DNA from: Veleropilina oligotropha
Lineage: Eukaryota
Assembly (NCBI GenBank): GCA_048128005.1
Contig: JBEUKZ010000011.1
Location: forward strand, 1-64,000
Length of the DNA: 64,000 bases
Direction: 5' to 3'
Of the stretch, positions 11,023 to 20,944 are shown piece after piece. The first letter of the stretch is position 1. Every line of letters begins with the position of its first letter. The position numbers and the translations under genes are program-made. The notes below the pieces were generated by a model. The model searched no databases. It saw only the letters and a list, made by a program, of their open reading frames with translations, and had not been told where the DNA came from.

Positions 11023-11322
11023 ATGTCGGATACGATCGGAAGTCAGTCCGCATTCCTGAAGATATTGCATGATTGTAACCCTAGGCAACGAAAAGCGTTA
11101 ATCGAATACATATCTGCAGGACAACTAAAAGCTTTATCTCAAGTGGCTTTAAATATTTTGAAAGGAAACGTTAAGTTGAGTTCATCTGATATAAATAAGA
11201 TACGGCCTTATAAAAATATCATTTCACTCTTATCCAGCCGAAGTGAGAGTTACGAGACGAAGAAACATACTGCGGTGATACGATTATTGTTAAAACCAGT
11301 CATCTCATTACTCAATGGCTAA
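11023..11322 (+). CDS. Small basic hypothetical protein of the element (15-bp in-frame deletion relative to right copy)
   Basis: 99-aa ORF preceded by TATAAAAG (~10979); 104 aa in the right arm. Confidence 0.6.
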   Translation: MSDTIGSQSAFLKILHDCNPRQRKALIEYISAGQLKALSQVALNILKGNVKLSSSDINKIRPYKNIISLLSSRSESYETKKHTAVIRLLLKPVISLLNG

Positions 11323-11542
11323 GGAATTCATCTTAGTGCCTAAAGAGAAATACGATGCCTTATTCAGTGGACCAAACATCGTGTCAACATCGGTTATACC
11401 ATCAAAGGACCAACGTACTGATAATCATCCAGACGTCGTTAAATTGATCGAAGGAATTGATGGCAATGGTGGCATACCGGGAAAATTAATTGCTGGACCA
11501 CCAGGAAAAAGACAAGAGACATTTCAATGGCTACCCTATTAA
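11315..11542 (+). CDS. Small hypothetical protein of the element
   Basis: 75 aa (MAKEFILVP..PPG..W), overlapping the previous stop and followed by AATAAA at 11555. Confidence 0.55.
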   Translation: MAKEFILVPKEKYDALFSGPNIVSTSVIPSKDQRTDNHPDVVKLIEGIDGNGGIPGKLIAGPPGKRQETFQWLPY

Positions 11543-11812
11543 TGTACAACTCTGAATAAAAATATGTGTACAATTTTATTGAATCTCGTTATAACATCCA
11601 ATGTCATTATCAATAAAATATTATTCATACAAGAATGCTCACAGACATAAAAATATACTACAATATTTACTCTGGAGACAAATTATTCTATATTATTTCT
11701 CTCTGGCATGAAAATAAGTCACAATATTTCTCAAAGACAAAGAAAATAATCCTATTGGAATTGCATTGAAATACTATTACTATGCGATAAAAAATCTCGA
11801 ACTAAAAAATAT

Positions 11813-12480
11813 CGCATGGTCTACACTAAAAGGGCTATCTTAAACGATTTGAACACCTTACCCTATGGTTATTAAATGTCATTTGTAGATTTGTGAGATA
11901 ATAATGTACATATTTTATGCATTTGAATGAATTTAGAATCGGAGAGAATTTTTTGTCAAATAATATTTGCTTTTGAGAAAAAAAATGTCGAATAATATTT
12001 ACCTTTGAGAAAAAAATATCGAATATTTTTTTTTAGTTCGAGATTTTTTATCGCATAGTAATAGTATTTCAATGCAATTCCAATAGGATTATTTTCTTTG
12101 TCTTTGAGAAATATTGTGACTTATTTTCATGCCAGAGAGAAATAATAGAGAATAATTTGTCTCCAGAGAAAAAAATGTCGAATATTTTTTAGTTCGAGAT
12201 TTTTTATCGCATAGTAATAGTATTTCAATGCAATTCCAATAGGATTATTTTCTTTGTCTTTGAGAAATATTGTGACTTATTTTCATGCCAGAGAGAAATA
12301 ATAGAGAATAATTTGTCTCCAGAGAAAAAAATGTCGAATATTTTTTAGTTCGAGATTTTTTATCGCATAGTAATAGTATTTCAATGCAATTCCAATAGGA
12401 TTATTTTCTTTGTCTTTGAGAAATATTGTGACTTATTTTCATGCCAGAGAGAAATAATATAGAATAATTTGTCTCCAGAG
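11813..12480. repeat. Palindrome centre: ~200-bp unique spacer plus three tandem ~156-bp units
   Basis: The unit (..TTAGTTCGAGATTTTTTATCGCATAG..TTTGTCTCCAGAG) occurs three times at ~12020-12480; its reverse complement occurs once at ~11670-11812. Confidence 0.85.
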
Positions 12481-12607
12481 TAAATATTGTAGTATATTTT
12501 TATGTCTGTGAGCATTCTTGTATGAATAATATTTTATTGATAATGACATTGGATGTTATAACGAGATTCAATAAAATTGTACACATATTTTTCTTCAGAG
12601 TTGTACA

Positions 12608-12835
12608 TTAATAGGGTAGCCATTGAAATTTCTCTTGTCTTTTTCCTGGTGGTCCAGCAATTAATTTTCCCGGTATGCCACCATTGCCATCAATTCCTTC
12701 GATCAATTTAACGACGTCTGGATGATTATCAGTACGTTGGTCCTTTGATGGTATAACCGATGTTGACACGATGTTTGGTCCACTGAATAAGGCATCGTAT
12801 TTCTCTTTAGGCACTAAGATGAATTCCTTAGCCAT
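12608..12835 (-). CDS. Right-arm copy of the 75-aa hypothetical protein
   Basis: One amino-acid difference (T/K) from 11315-11542. Confidence 0.55.
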   Translation of the reverse strand: MAKEFILVPKEKYDALFSGPNIVSTSVIPSKDQRTDNHPDVVKLIEGIDGNGGIPGKLIAGPPGKRQEKFQWLPY

Positions 12836-13142
12836 TGAGTAATGAGATGACTGGTTTTAACAATAATCGTATCACCGCAGTATGTTTCAATAAGACTTTT
12901 TTCTTCATCTCGTAACTCTCACTTCGGCTGGATAAGAGTGAAATGATATTTTTATAAGGCCGTATCTTATTTATATCAGATGAACTCAACTTAACGTTTC
13001 CTTTCAAAATATTTAAAGCCACTTGAGATAAAGCTTTTAGTTGTCCTGCAGATATGTATTCGATTAACGCTTTTCGTTGCCTAGGGTTACAATCATGCAA
13101 TATCTTCAGGAATGCGGACTGACTTCCGATCGTATCCGACAT
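12828..13142 (-). CDS. Right-arm copy of the small basic protein (104 aa, full form)
   Basis: Retains EMKKKVLLKH, which is shortened in the left copy. Confidence 0.6.
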   Translation of the reverse strand: MSDTIGSQSAFLKILHDCNPRQRKALIEYISAGQLKALSQVALNILKGNVKLSSSDINKIRPYKNIISLLSSRSESYEMKKKVLLKHTAVIRLLLKPVISLLNG

Positions 13143-13181
13143 CGCGTCACTAATGAGATGTAATGATACAGCGAGCTGCTT

Positions 13182-13856
13182 TTATATCGGGCGATAAATA
13201 ATGCAATCTTCACCAGGGAATATGCGGGTGCGTAATTGATACGTCTTGTCCGTGTGAGGTGATAAATCTATCAGGAGATATCCATACTTGGATGACGTAG
13301 ATTTATCATATGCATCTTTAAAAAAAGCAGATTCACCCGGCAAAATCTGAGCTCCAAATGAAATTATCTGCTTGTTATCTCGGTAATTACGAAATATCAC
13401 GAAATAAGTGCAATTTAATGATATACTTCGAGCGTATTTGCCTGGTGGGTACAGATTTTGAGTCAAAAAGATGCACGTGACATTACGATGATGTGACGTC
13501 ACAGTAAATAAGTGGACGCAGTCTTCTGATTGAGCAATACGTAGCATCATGTCATCCAATACCAAAATCATGTGACCACTGTTTTCGGAATAGGATTCGA
13601 TATCATCTTTTGTGGGTAAACCATGATGAAATATAACATTTTTCATGTCATCGTACAGGGATTGATATTCTGAATAGGCATACACTATTTTTGTTGGTCT
13701 TATCGCAAACATGTCATGTTCGAGTAAGCGTTTGACAAAGTAAGTTTTACCCGACTGCGTGCATCCACTGATTAAAATTGTACATGGCGACGTAAATTTC
13801 AACAGACACGGCATGTTTGATGGATCATCTATAAATGACTGTAGGTTTGCATGCAT
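13182..13856 (-). CDS. Right-arm packaging ATPase
   Basis: 224 aa; one difference (C/Y) from the left copy. Confidence 0.92.
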   Translation of the reverse strand: MHANLQSFIDDPSNMPCLLKFTSPCTILISGCTQSGKTYFVKRLLEHDMFAIRPTKIVYAYSEYQSLYDDMKNVIFHHGLPTKDDIESYSENSGHMILVLDDMMLRIAQSEDCVHLFTVTSHHRNVTCIFLTQNLYPPGKYARSISLNCTYFVIFRNYRDNKQIISFGAQILPGESAFFKDAYDKSTSSKYGYLLIDLSPHTDKTYQLRTRIFPGEDCIIYRPI

Positions 13857-13903
13857 GTGCTTTTTAAAACGACAACAAAATCTAATGGATTTTACATATT
13901 TTA

Positions 13904-14356
13904 TTAGACAAAGATTGAATGAGTAAATGCTAGTACAATTTCATCATTTTGCATAAGATCTAGAGTAAAATCACTACACATGTCATCTAAGGATACGTGA
14001 AAACACATTCGCATTACAATAAAGTACAATACGTATACACCACAATAACTAGAATAATAAGATTGAATACGATTTCTTATCCACGAATAATTTCTCGCAT
14101 TTCTAACGATAAACGATTTCAAACCGTATTGTTCCGGTTCCCCTAAACTGTCCATGAATTCGGCATGCCATTCGTTTAAGAAAAGGATGGCTACCCAATG
14201 TTTCCCTGGTCCTGGTAAGGGATCCGTATTCACGATGTAGGCACTAGGGTATTCCACGACGTGTAGGGGTAATGTATTAATCGCAAAAACACCCCTAGTT
14301 ACATCGCTTAAACATGGGTAGCTTCTTATGACATGTTTTAATTGATAACCGTTCAT
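13904..14356 (-). CDS. Right-arm adenain-like protease
   Basis: Catalytic motifs intact; one codon deleted (GEPPEQ > GEPEQ). Confidence 0.88.
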   Translation of the reverse strand: MNGYQLKHVIRSYPCLSDVTRGVFAINTLPLHVVEYPSAYIVNTDPLPGPGKHWVAILFLNEWHAEFMDSLGEPEQYGLKSFIVRNARNYSWIRNRIQSYYSSYCGVYVLYFIVMRMCFHVSLDDMCSDFTLDLMQNDEIVLAFTHSIFV

Positions 14357-14509
14357 GGTTGAATGTATGTCACGTTGTGTACTCGATCGATTTCGATAAG
14401 TGCTGGAAATGTAGCCACTGCAACGCAACTGATGGCCTCCGTCGTCGCCGTTTGGAATCTCATGGTCAATCTGGTATTTCCGTGCTGTATCAAATTGATA
14501 TACCTACTT
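14353..14509 (-). pseudogene. 3' remnant of MCP after a ~1.19-kb deletion
   Basis: Junction CACAAAGCCGTAA|GTAGGTATATC joins left-arm equivalents 8464 and 9655, with AA microhomology. Confidence 0.85.
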
Positions 14510-14824
14510 ACGGCTTTGTGTTTTTTTGACTGGCTTACGTGCTTTCTTCTTTGTAACCTTCTTCTTGGAAGACGACGTCATCTTCTTGACTTTCTTTGAC
14601 CGACTGACGCTTTTCCTTTTTCCTGCAACTTTTATGTGTGGCAAACCTACTTTCCTTTGAGTTTTTAATTGGACTTTAGCCCTTTCCACTACCTCAGCCA
14701 TGGGCGATACCATGGTTGCTATACCCTGACCCCTTTGTCTATCGGATTGTATTTTGCCTGAACGCATGTCTTTAAAAATTTGATCCCACATCTTGGTGTT
14801 GCTGATGTACAATGGTCCAGACAT
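14504..14824 (-). CDS. Right-arm basic core-like protein, C-terminally truncated by the deletion
   Basis: 106 aa, ending KTQSRK*. Confidence 0.5.
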   Translation of the reverse strand: MSGPLYISNTKMWDQIFKDMRSGKIQSDRQRGQGIATMVSPMAEVVERAKVQLKTQRKVGLPHIKVAGKRKSVSRSKKVKKMTSSSKKKVTKKKARKPVKKTQSRK

Positions 14825-14827
14825 GGC

Positions 14828-15247
14828 TTAGAAAGGGAACTTTTTAAAATGAAGTGTCACCGTTACTGTTCCAGTGATGAATGAGGCTAGATCTCCCTTA
14901 ATATCCTTTATATATATGTGCACTTGGTGAAGCTGACTTTGATTCAAACGTGTATAATAAGGTACATTGTAAATCATGTTACACGGTGCTCTATTTCTCA
15001 AAAATATTTTCCTCAATAAAGGCATAGATGTGTCTCCAACCACACTTTCGCTACACGCATCAAAACACACAAATAGGTCACGATTATTTTTACTCTTAGC
15101 GCAACCGTTAATGGCTATTTCGTTCAAGGCTACGGTCCAATAACCATCGAATAGTGCCGGTTTGTTTAATTTTACTCTGAAATCGTAATGTTCATTCTCG
15201 AAATATTCCGAACTGTCCGTGGACTTGATTACCATACGAACACTCAT
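14828..15247 (-). CDS. Right-arm penton-like minor capsid protein
   Basis: 139 aa; one difference (S/R). Confidence 0.75.
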   Translation of the reverse strand: MSVRMVIKSTDSSEYFENEHYDFRVKLNKPALFDGYWTVALNEIAINGCAKSKNNRDLFVCFDACSESVVGDTSMPLLRKIFLRNRAPCNMIYNVPYYTRLNQSQLHQVHIYIKDIKGDLASFITGTVTVTLHFKKFPF

Positions 15248-15282
15248 CGTGATGTGACAACATTATAAATTAACATGTCATA

Positions 15283-16362
15283 TTATACAATTGCACCTCG
15301 TCTTATCCAAGAATCAAATTTAGACGGCCAACCCATCCATTTTACTAGTATTTCATTCTCGCCATTGCGTTTTCGCCGCTTCAATACCTTTTCTATCCGC
15401 CATATGGTGTCTGCAGTTTTATTGACCTTTTGCATTTCTCTTTCGTAGAATGTACCTGATATAGCCTCATCTGCATAATCAGTTAATTGATAAATAGATG
15501 TTCCTTGACGCTTATATCGTTTAACGATGATAAATAATTCTTCCGACCACTTTTGCTGATAATCTCTTAAAAACGGATGTTTTATATGCGATATTCTAAC
15601 CTTATCGCCCATGTTAAACTTGTATTTCTTGATCAATGTTGTTGATTTAGTACGTGCCAGATACATCTTATATCGAGCCTCGTCTTCACTGTTTTTGTTA
15701 ATGCTAGCAGGAGTCCATTGTCCTAATGATCGATGAGGTCTATTGTTATAATTGGACACCAAGTCTTGTAAGTTATCTATGTAACGGTACGTTTGATTGG
15801 CTGTGAAATGCCTGTATATCATATTTTTAAATGTTTTTATAACACGTTCGGCATAATTTGCCTTCGATTCATTTTGTGTGAAATGCACTGCAATATTTTC
15901 CGATGCCAGATATGGTTTTACCCACCGGTTATTGAATTCGCTCCCCTTATCAAACCGAATCATGCGAGGTTTTCGCCCTTCATTAAATATGGATTTCAAT
16001 GCTCCAACAATGGTTTTACCTAACTTATTCGCTATTGGAACTACCCATAAGTAGCGAGAAAACACATCGATTACGATCAATAAGAATGTTATGCCATCGT
16101 TGTACTTAGTCACATTTTGTATGTCGGCTAAATCACCATCAAACATCGAATCAATTCCACCAACGATAACACGGCTTCGCCTGAATTTCCGTATCACCCC
16201 TTTTTGTAAACTGTATGCGTCTTGGTCTTGTAACCATTGGGTGATCTTTTTCTTACTAATATTGAATTTTCCTTGTTTTTGTACCATTCTATACAACTTG
16301 TCCGGACCGCCATATCCATGTTTTGGGTCATACCACGACTTTTTCAAGTACGCTTCTGCCAT
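15283..16362 (-). CDS. Right-arm integrase with chromodomain
   Basis: 359 aa, intact; five amino-acid differences from the left copy. Confidence 0.93.
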   Translation of the reverse strand: MAEAYLKKSWYDPKHGYGGPDKLYRMVQKQGKFNISKKKITQWLQDQDAYSLQKGVIRKFRRSRVIVGGIDSMFDGDLADIQNVTKYNDGITFLLIVIDVFSRYLWVVPIANKLGKTIVGALKSIFNEGRKPRMIRFDKGSEFNNRWVKPYLASENIAVHFTQNESKANYAERVIKTFKNMIYRHFTANQTYRYIDNLQDLVSNYNNRPHRSLGQWTPASINKNSEDEARYKMYLARTKSTTLIKKYKFNMGDKVRISHIKHPFLRDYQQKWSEELFIIVKRYKRQGTSIYQLTDYADEAISGTFYEREMQKVNKTADTIWRIEKVLKRRKRNGENEILVKWMGWPSKFDSWIRRGAIV

Positions 16363-16484
16363 GACAATGAATTAATAATGACTAAACACTGACTTATATA
16401 CATTTATTGACAAAAAGCAAATATGCATACAAAACATTGTTTGGATTGCTTGAATATTATTCTTTAGAATAGACATATGCAATA

Positions 16485-16736
16485 TTAATTATTATTCAGC
16501 ATCCAAATAGTACTATTTATATTGGAATTGGATATGTTCATAATACGAAGTGGTTCTGCATGGAGAGGATCAGGAGGTGTTTTAACACATAGTTCCCAGT
16601 TATTAGTCGTCAGTCCAACCATAGTACATACTAATATCACAATGACAACAGTCCATTTGACCTTTGTTTTCTTCGCAGTATCCGTATTTTGTGGTAAGAA
16701 TGTTTCCACAACTGTCTCTTCCGGTGTCGACATCAT
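16485..16736 (-). CDS. Right-arm small membrane protein
   Basis: Identical translation to 6236-6487. Confidence 0.5.
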   Translation of the reverse strand: MMSTPEETVVETFLPQNTDTAKKTKVKWTVVIVILVCTMVGLTTNNWELCVKTPPDPLHAEPLRIMNISNSNINSTIWMLNNN

Positions 16737-16766
16737 AAATGAAACGCTTGTTAGTAAACATACACA

Positions 16767-17205
16767 CTAATAGAACCCCCAAACTTTTTGATTCGGGTTG
16801 CACTCGGGACAATTACTTGCGCCAATCTGGTTTTGATGGTCGTCTTGCAAATAACACAACTCGATATCGTCGGGCACTGATATCGTAGCCTCCTTCAATT
16901 TTGTGAATTGATAAAATTTAAGCGTAATTCCTTTACGAGTGGGGCACACATCCACACTGTTTTCGGGTAACCAAAATTGTCTAATATCCATATGTGGCCA
17001 CTGTCGGCTAATCGTCACGAATACATTGCCTCCGATATGAAGACGAAACGATACCTGATTGCCGGCGATAACATCCGATATTGTTTCGTCAAATTTGCCG
17101 AAATTTTCGGCGAATAACTTCCAACGATTAAACGGAAACTCCTTTTAACAGGATAACGTTATCCAGTTTCTCAACGGAACATCCTCTATCGAGATCAATC
17201 GTCAT
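16767..17205 (-). pseudogene. PC4-like protein, right copy (17-bp deletion, frameshift)
   Basis: Retains 17038-17110 but lacks CCGAACAAGTCATTGGA, which the left arm has (GGA microhomology). Confidence 0.7.
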
Positions 17206-17949
17206 AATGCTGGAAAGGAAATGTTATACATTTAGATATTTACTGATGCCGGGGAATATATACATTATCTACAAGAAACGTCAGACATATGCTTTATACA
17301 TATTTCTACTGATGAATATAAACATTATATAAAACCATAGTTTTCCTAGCAATTATATATATTTACCTCGATGCAAAATTGTCCTTTTCGTATTTCCTTC
17401 AACGATGCAAAATTGTCCTTTTAGTATTTCCTTCAACGATGCAAAGATGGCCTCTCGCAGATGTTATGTACAACCCGAGAACAAAGGAGTTCGCTATCAT
17501 TGGATAAGAGAGAGACAAAGGAGTTCGCTATAAATCCCGACAATATCATTGGATACCATAGGAACAAAGAAGTTCGCTATAAATCCCGACAATATCATTG
17601 GATAGTAAGGAACAATAGAGTGTCCCCAGGGAGTGTCCCCAACTGGAGTCATTACTACTCCCTTCCAGTTTGGAGGATTGCGGATAACAAGGAAAATTTA
17701 ACAGACACCGGAAGCTGCACCATCAAATAAGCTCTATAATTCTGTTCTTCGACCATTCGAGATAAAACTGAAATATTATAACAGCTTCATGTAACTATGC
17801 TTTAATGTGTATAAATAACAATTATTTAAAGTAAAATACACACTTTGTCACATTATTCATTGCACAAGTATAAAAATATATATGTGGAAACAATAAGTTT
17901 ATATATTACAAAACAGATGTTGCAATTACAGAAAGAAAACTTATTAATC

Positions 17950-18244
17950 AACTATCTGAATTGAGCTCCCTTCGGGAGCTCTAATTCAGCGTCGTGGGGC
18001 CTGCGGCCCCAATTGCAGGGCCCCCTCATATCAAATTTGAAAAAGTTATATTTTCGCCTAAAATTAAAAATTAAACAATTTTTTTTTTCGGGGGGGGTTC
18101 TTCAAAATTGAATTTTTTTGCAGCCAAGACCATCCCCTGGGTACCCTTAGTTGACATGCAAAGTTTGGTGAGGATCGGCCCAGTGGTTACGAAGGAGATA
18201 GCGGACAGACAGACGGACAGACTCTACTCTTTTATATATATAGA
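17950..18244 (-). mobile_element. Non-autonomous Helitron
   Basis: The minus strand starts TCTATATATATAAAAGAG + (GTCT)n, and its 5' part resembles the 19336 element. 3' hairpin GAGCTCCC-TTC-GGGAGCTC. Confidence 0.6.
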
Positions 18245-19335
18245 TTCAATAGCATGCGAATGCGGCAGTGTGATCCAAAAAACGAAATATCATTAATAGC
18301 TTGTATATATTTTCTACATATTATCACATACTAGTACATCATAAATGCATAAAAAGGTGTATTTCTGATACAAATAATGTAATTATCGTAAAAAATAGAT
18401 TATATTGCACACTGTGCCACATTATTATTAAACACACGAAGCAGCTAAAACATATATATATAACAAAACATATATTAGATCATGTACTTACAGAATAAAT
18501 AAAACCATTGATTTATCCAATATCGTAACTTGTATACTTCAACAATGAATAGTGGAAAAAATAGTTTTTGTGAAAGCAAGTAAAATCTAACTTGCATGAA
18601 ATTAAGGAATACATATTATAGTCCAGTCAATTTGCAAATTAACATCAAACTATAATTGCAACAGAAACAATGTTTGTGCGAAACAGTTTATTATAACTAC
18701 ATACACAACATATAAAAACTATTAAGAAATATCGGTCGGGGAACATGTTTAATTTGTCGATCAAAGTTTCAATTATTTACATCAAAAGCAATTTTGTGGC
18801 CGACTTCCATACATGAAAAGGGGGGTAATTCATGCAGTGGATGATTAGCTAAAAGTCATATTTCCATGCACTATAAAATATTTATATCATGTTGTATCGA
18901 TACGTATGTATTTGAATAGACTTTTTTGAACATAAAACGTGTTTTAGATTAGCGATGCACACATGTATGTGTATATTGTACCAGGAAACATTGACTCACG
19001 ACGCATTTATTTGTTTCGGCTGCTACGCTGCACGTTCTACATCTCCATCTACATTTATAATTTGCAAGAGGCTAATAAGCCCATTTATCCTGCCTCCGAC
19101 ATTCTAGTCCATTCATTGGTTACATCACGTCACGTGCTGACCATGTAAAATAACCATATCTAGTCACAGTGCCCACGTTTCATAATATTATCACGTCAAC
19201 GTAAAATGGCGTGTGACCTCGTTTTCCCGCCACCCGTACTCGCCCAGTCATTGGACAGATTTTGCAGAGCTACACCAAGGGTCGCAATGGGTGTTTTGAT
19301 ATTTTTTGTATTATGTTGCTATATAATGTACATCA

Positions 19336-20770
19336 TCTATACTATAATCGTGGAGAGTTTGTCTGTGTGTGTGTCTCCTATAGGCTCCCAAACGGCTGGA
19401 CCGATCTCCACCAAATTTGGCATGTCAACTAAGGGTACCAAGGCGGTGGTTATGGCGCTTTCACATTTCTTTTTTTGGGGGGGGGGCGGGGGGGGGGGTT
19501 GGGGGGGGGGAATTTTCATAACACTTATAACGTTACAAGACTTTTCGACCCCGTCGATTCTGACATCATCCAATGACGATTATTCAAAAGCGTCATCGTA
19601 ATGACGTCATTCCACAACGGTAGCATCAATGCGACATCGAGTCTGCGCACTTCACCTGTTGTTGACAGTCGGTTGCCATCGTCACCTGTGTCGCAGTTAG
19701 CACTCAGTGGACATCTTTCGTGGAATCTTAGAGGCGTTCAAGATAAGAAATTAGGAGATCTAGATGATGGTAATGTTTACATCAACAAATGCAAAGTGAT
19801 TTACTGAATCTAACCCTATAATTAGTAGATAACTTTTCATATCCGATTAAAGAGTAATTACGACTGAAGCAACGTTTCTATGCGGAATGACGTCACGGCT
19901 GGCAAATACTATAAATACGTCAACGTTTAATCTGGGCAATTCTCAGAACAGGTTAATAAGGATTCTGTTTTATTATCGGAACAATCTCTGAAGTTTGGAT
20001 CTACATTATCGTCAGAAGGTAAGTATAGGTCTGTGTTATTCACGGAAAGAGTGATCAGTGATACAAGGAAAGACTTGGGAATTCCGCCCTGACTGACGAT
20101 CAAGCTGTTCAGTTCCCAGTGGAGTTCCTCAACAGCCTTGAAGTATCTGGCATCCCACAACACATTCTGCGGATGAAGATTGTCAGCCCGATCATGATCA
20201 TGAGGTCGATGGATCCACCCAAGACGACAAACGGGACGCGCTGCATCGTCACCAAACTCCATTCGAATCTGATCGAAGCTATCATCTCAACGGGACCATA
20301 CAAGGGAGAACCGGTGCTGATTCCACGAATTCCCCTGATCCCTTCAGACAGCGACCTTCCCTTCAAATTTAGGCGCCTCCAGTTCCCAGTCAAGCCATGC
20401 TTCGCCATGACGATCAACAAAAGTCAAGGCCAAACGTTCTTCGAGGTGGGCATAGATCTGACCAACCCGAGCTTCACCCATGGAATGTTCTATGTCGCCT
20501 GCTCACGTGTCGGTGCACCTCAGGCACTGACAATCATGGCTCCCAGCAAGAAGACACGCAATGTCGTCTACAAGGAGGCACTCAACTGAACTGTATTTTC
20601 TTGATCTCTTTCATCTCTCATTGTCACTAAATATTCAGAAACTCTCGCATTGAACTTACCGTGTCAGAAAAGTCCATTACAATATATTCGTAAATTCACT
20701 TGCAAATTTTATTGGATGGTTATTGATGAGGTGGGGAGACTCACCCGTCGAAGACGGGTACCCTGGCTAG
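19336..20770 (+). mobile_element. Internally deleted Helitron with Pif1-like helicase C-terminus
   Basis: A|TCTATACTATAA 5' end; hairpin ACCCGTC-GAA-GACGGGT (20743-20759); CTAG|T 3' end. Confidence 0.85.
20119..20589 (+). pseudogene. Helitron RepHel helicase C-terminal fragment
   Basis: EFLNSL..SGIP.H.L..NGTR..VLIPRIPLIPSD..LPFKFRRLQFPVKPCFAMTINKSQGQT..VGIDL..F.HG..YVACSRV..T.NVVYKE. Confidence 0.9.
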
Positions 20771-20944
20771 TAATACATAATTATAACGTTGTAGTATTGT
20801 GGCATATAACTATTATTACGGTATTGTTAAGATTAAATTTGTTACTTTATTTTCAATACATTTTGTTACGTTATTAACAATATATTTACTTATTTTCGTT
20901 TCTCAAAATATTACGTAATAATATATTTGCAGGTCGTCGACAGG

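Larger units (their letters stand above)
5369..17659. mobile_element. Palindromic Polinton/Maverick (adintovirus-like) endogenous element lacking pPolB
   Basis: Termini AGTAGT (5369) and ACTACT (17659); 6-bp TSD CCCTTC at 5363-5368 and 17660-17665. The left arm (5369-~11812) is the reverse complement of the right arm (~12338-17659). Carries integrase, MCP, penton, protease and ATPase genes. Confidence 0.93.

Noticed and set aside
5369..17659. Fold-back chimeric read or assembly artefact
   Set aside because: The flanks are unique, there is an exact TSD, and the arms differ by multiple independent indels and substitutions. Read-level confirmation is still advisable.
5369..17659. Two independent Polinton insertions tail-to-tail
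   Set aside because: A single shared TSD in direct orientation brackets both arms, and there are no internal AGTAGT termini at the centre.
5369..17659. Prophage or bacterial contamination
   Set aside because: The gene set is Polinton-type (chromodomain integrase, adenain), with TATA/AATAAA signals, and it is embedded among spliced animal genes.
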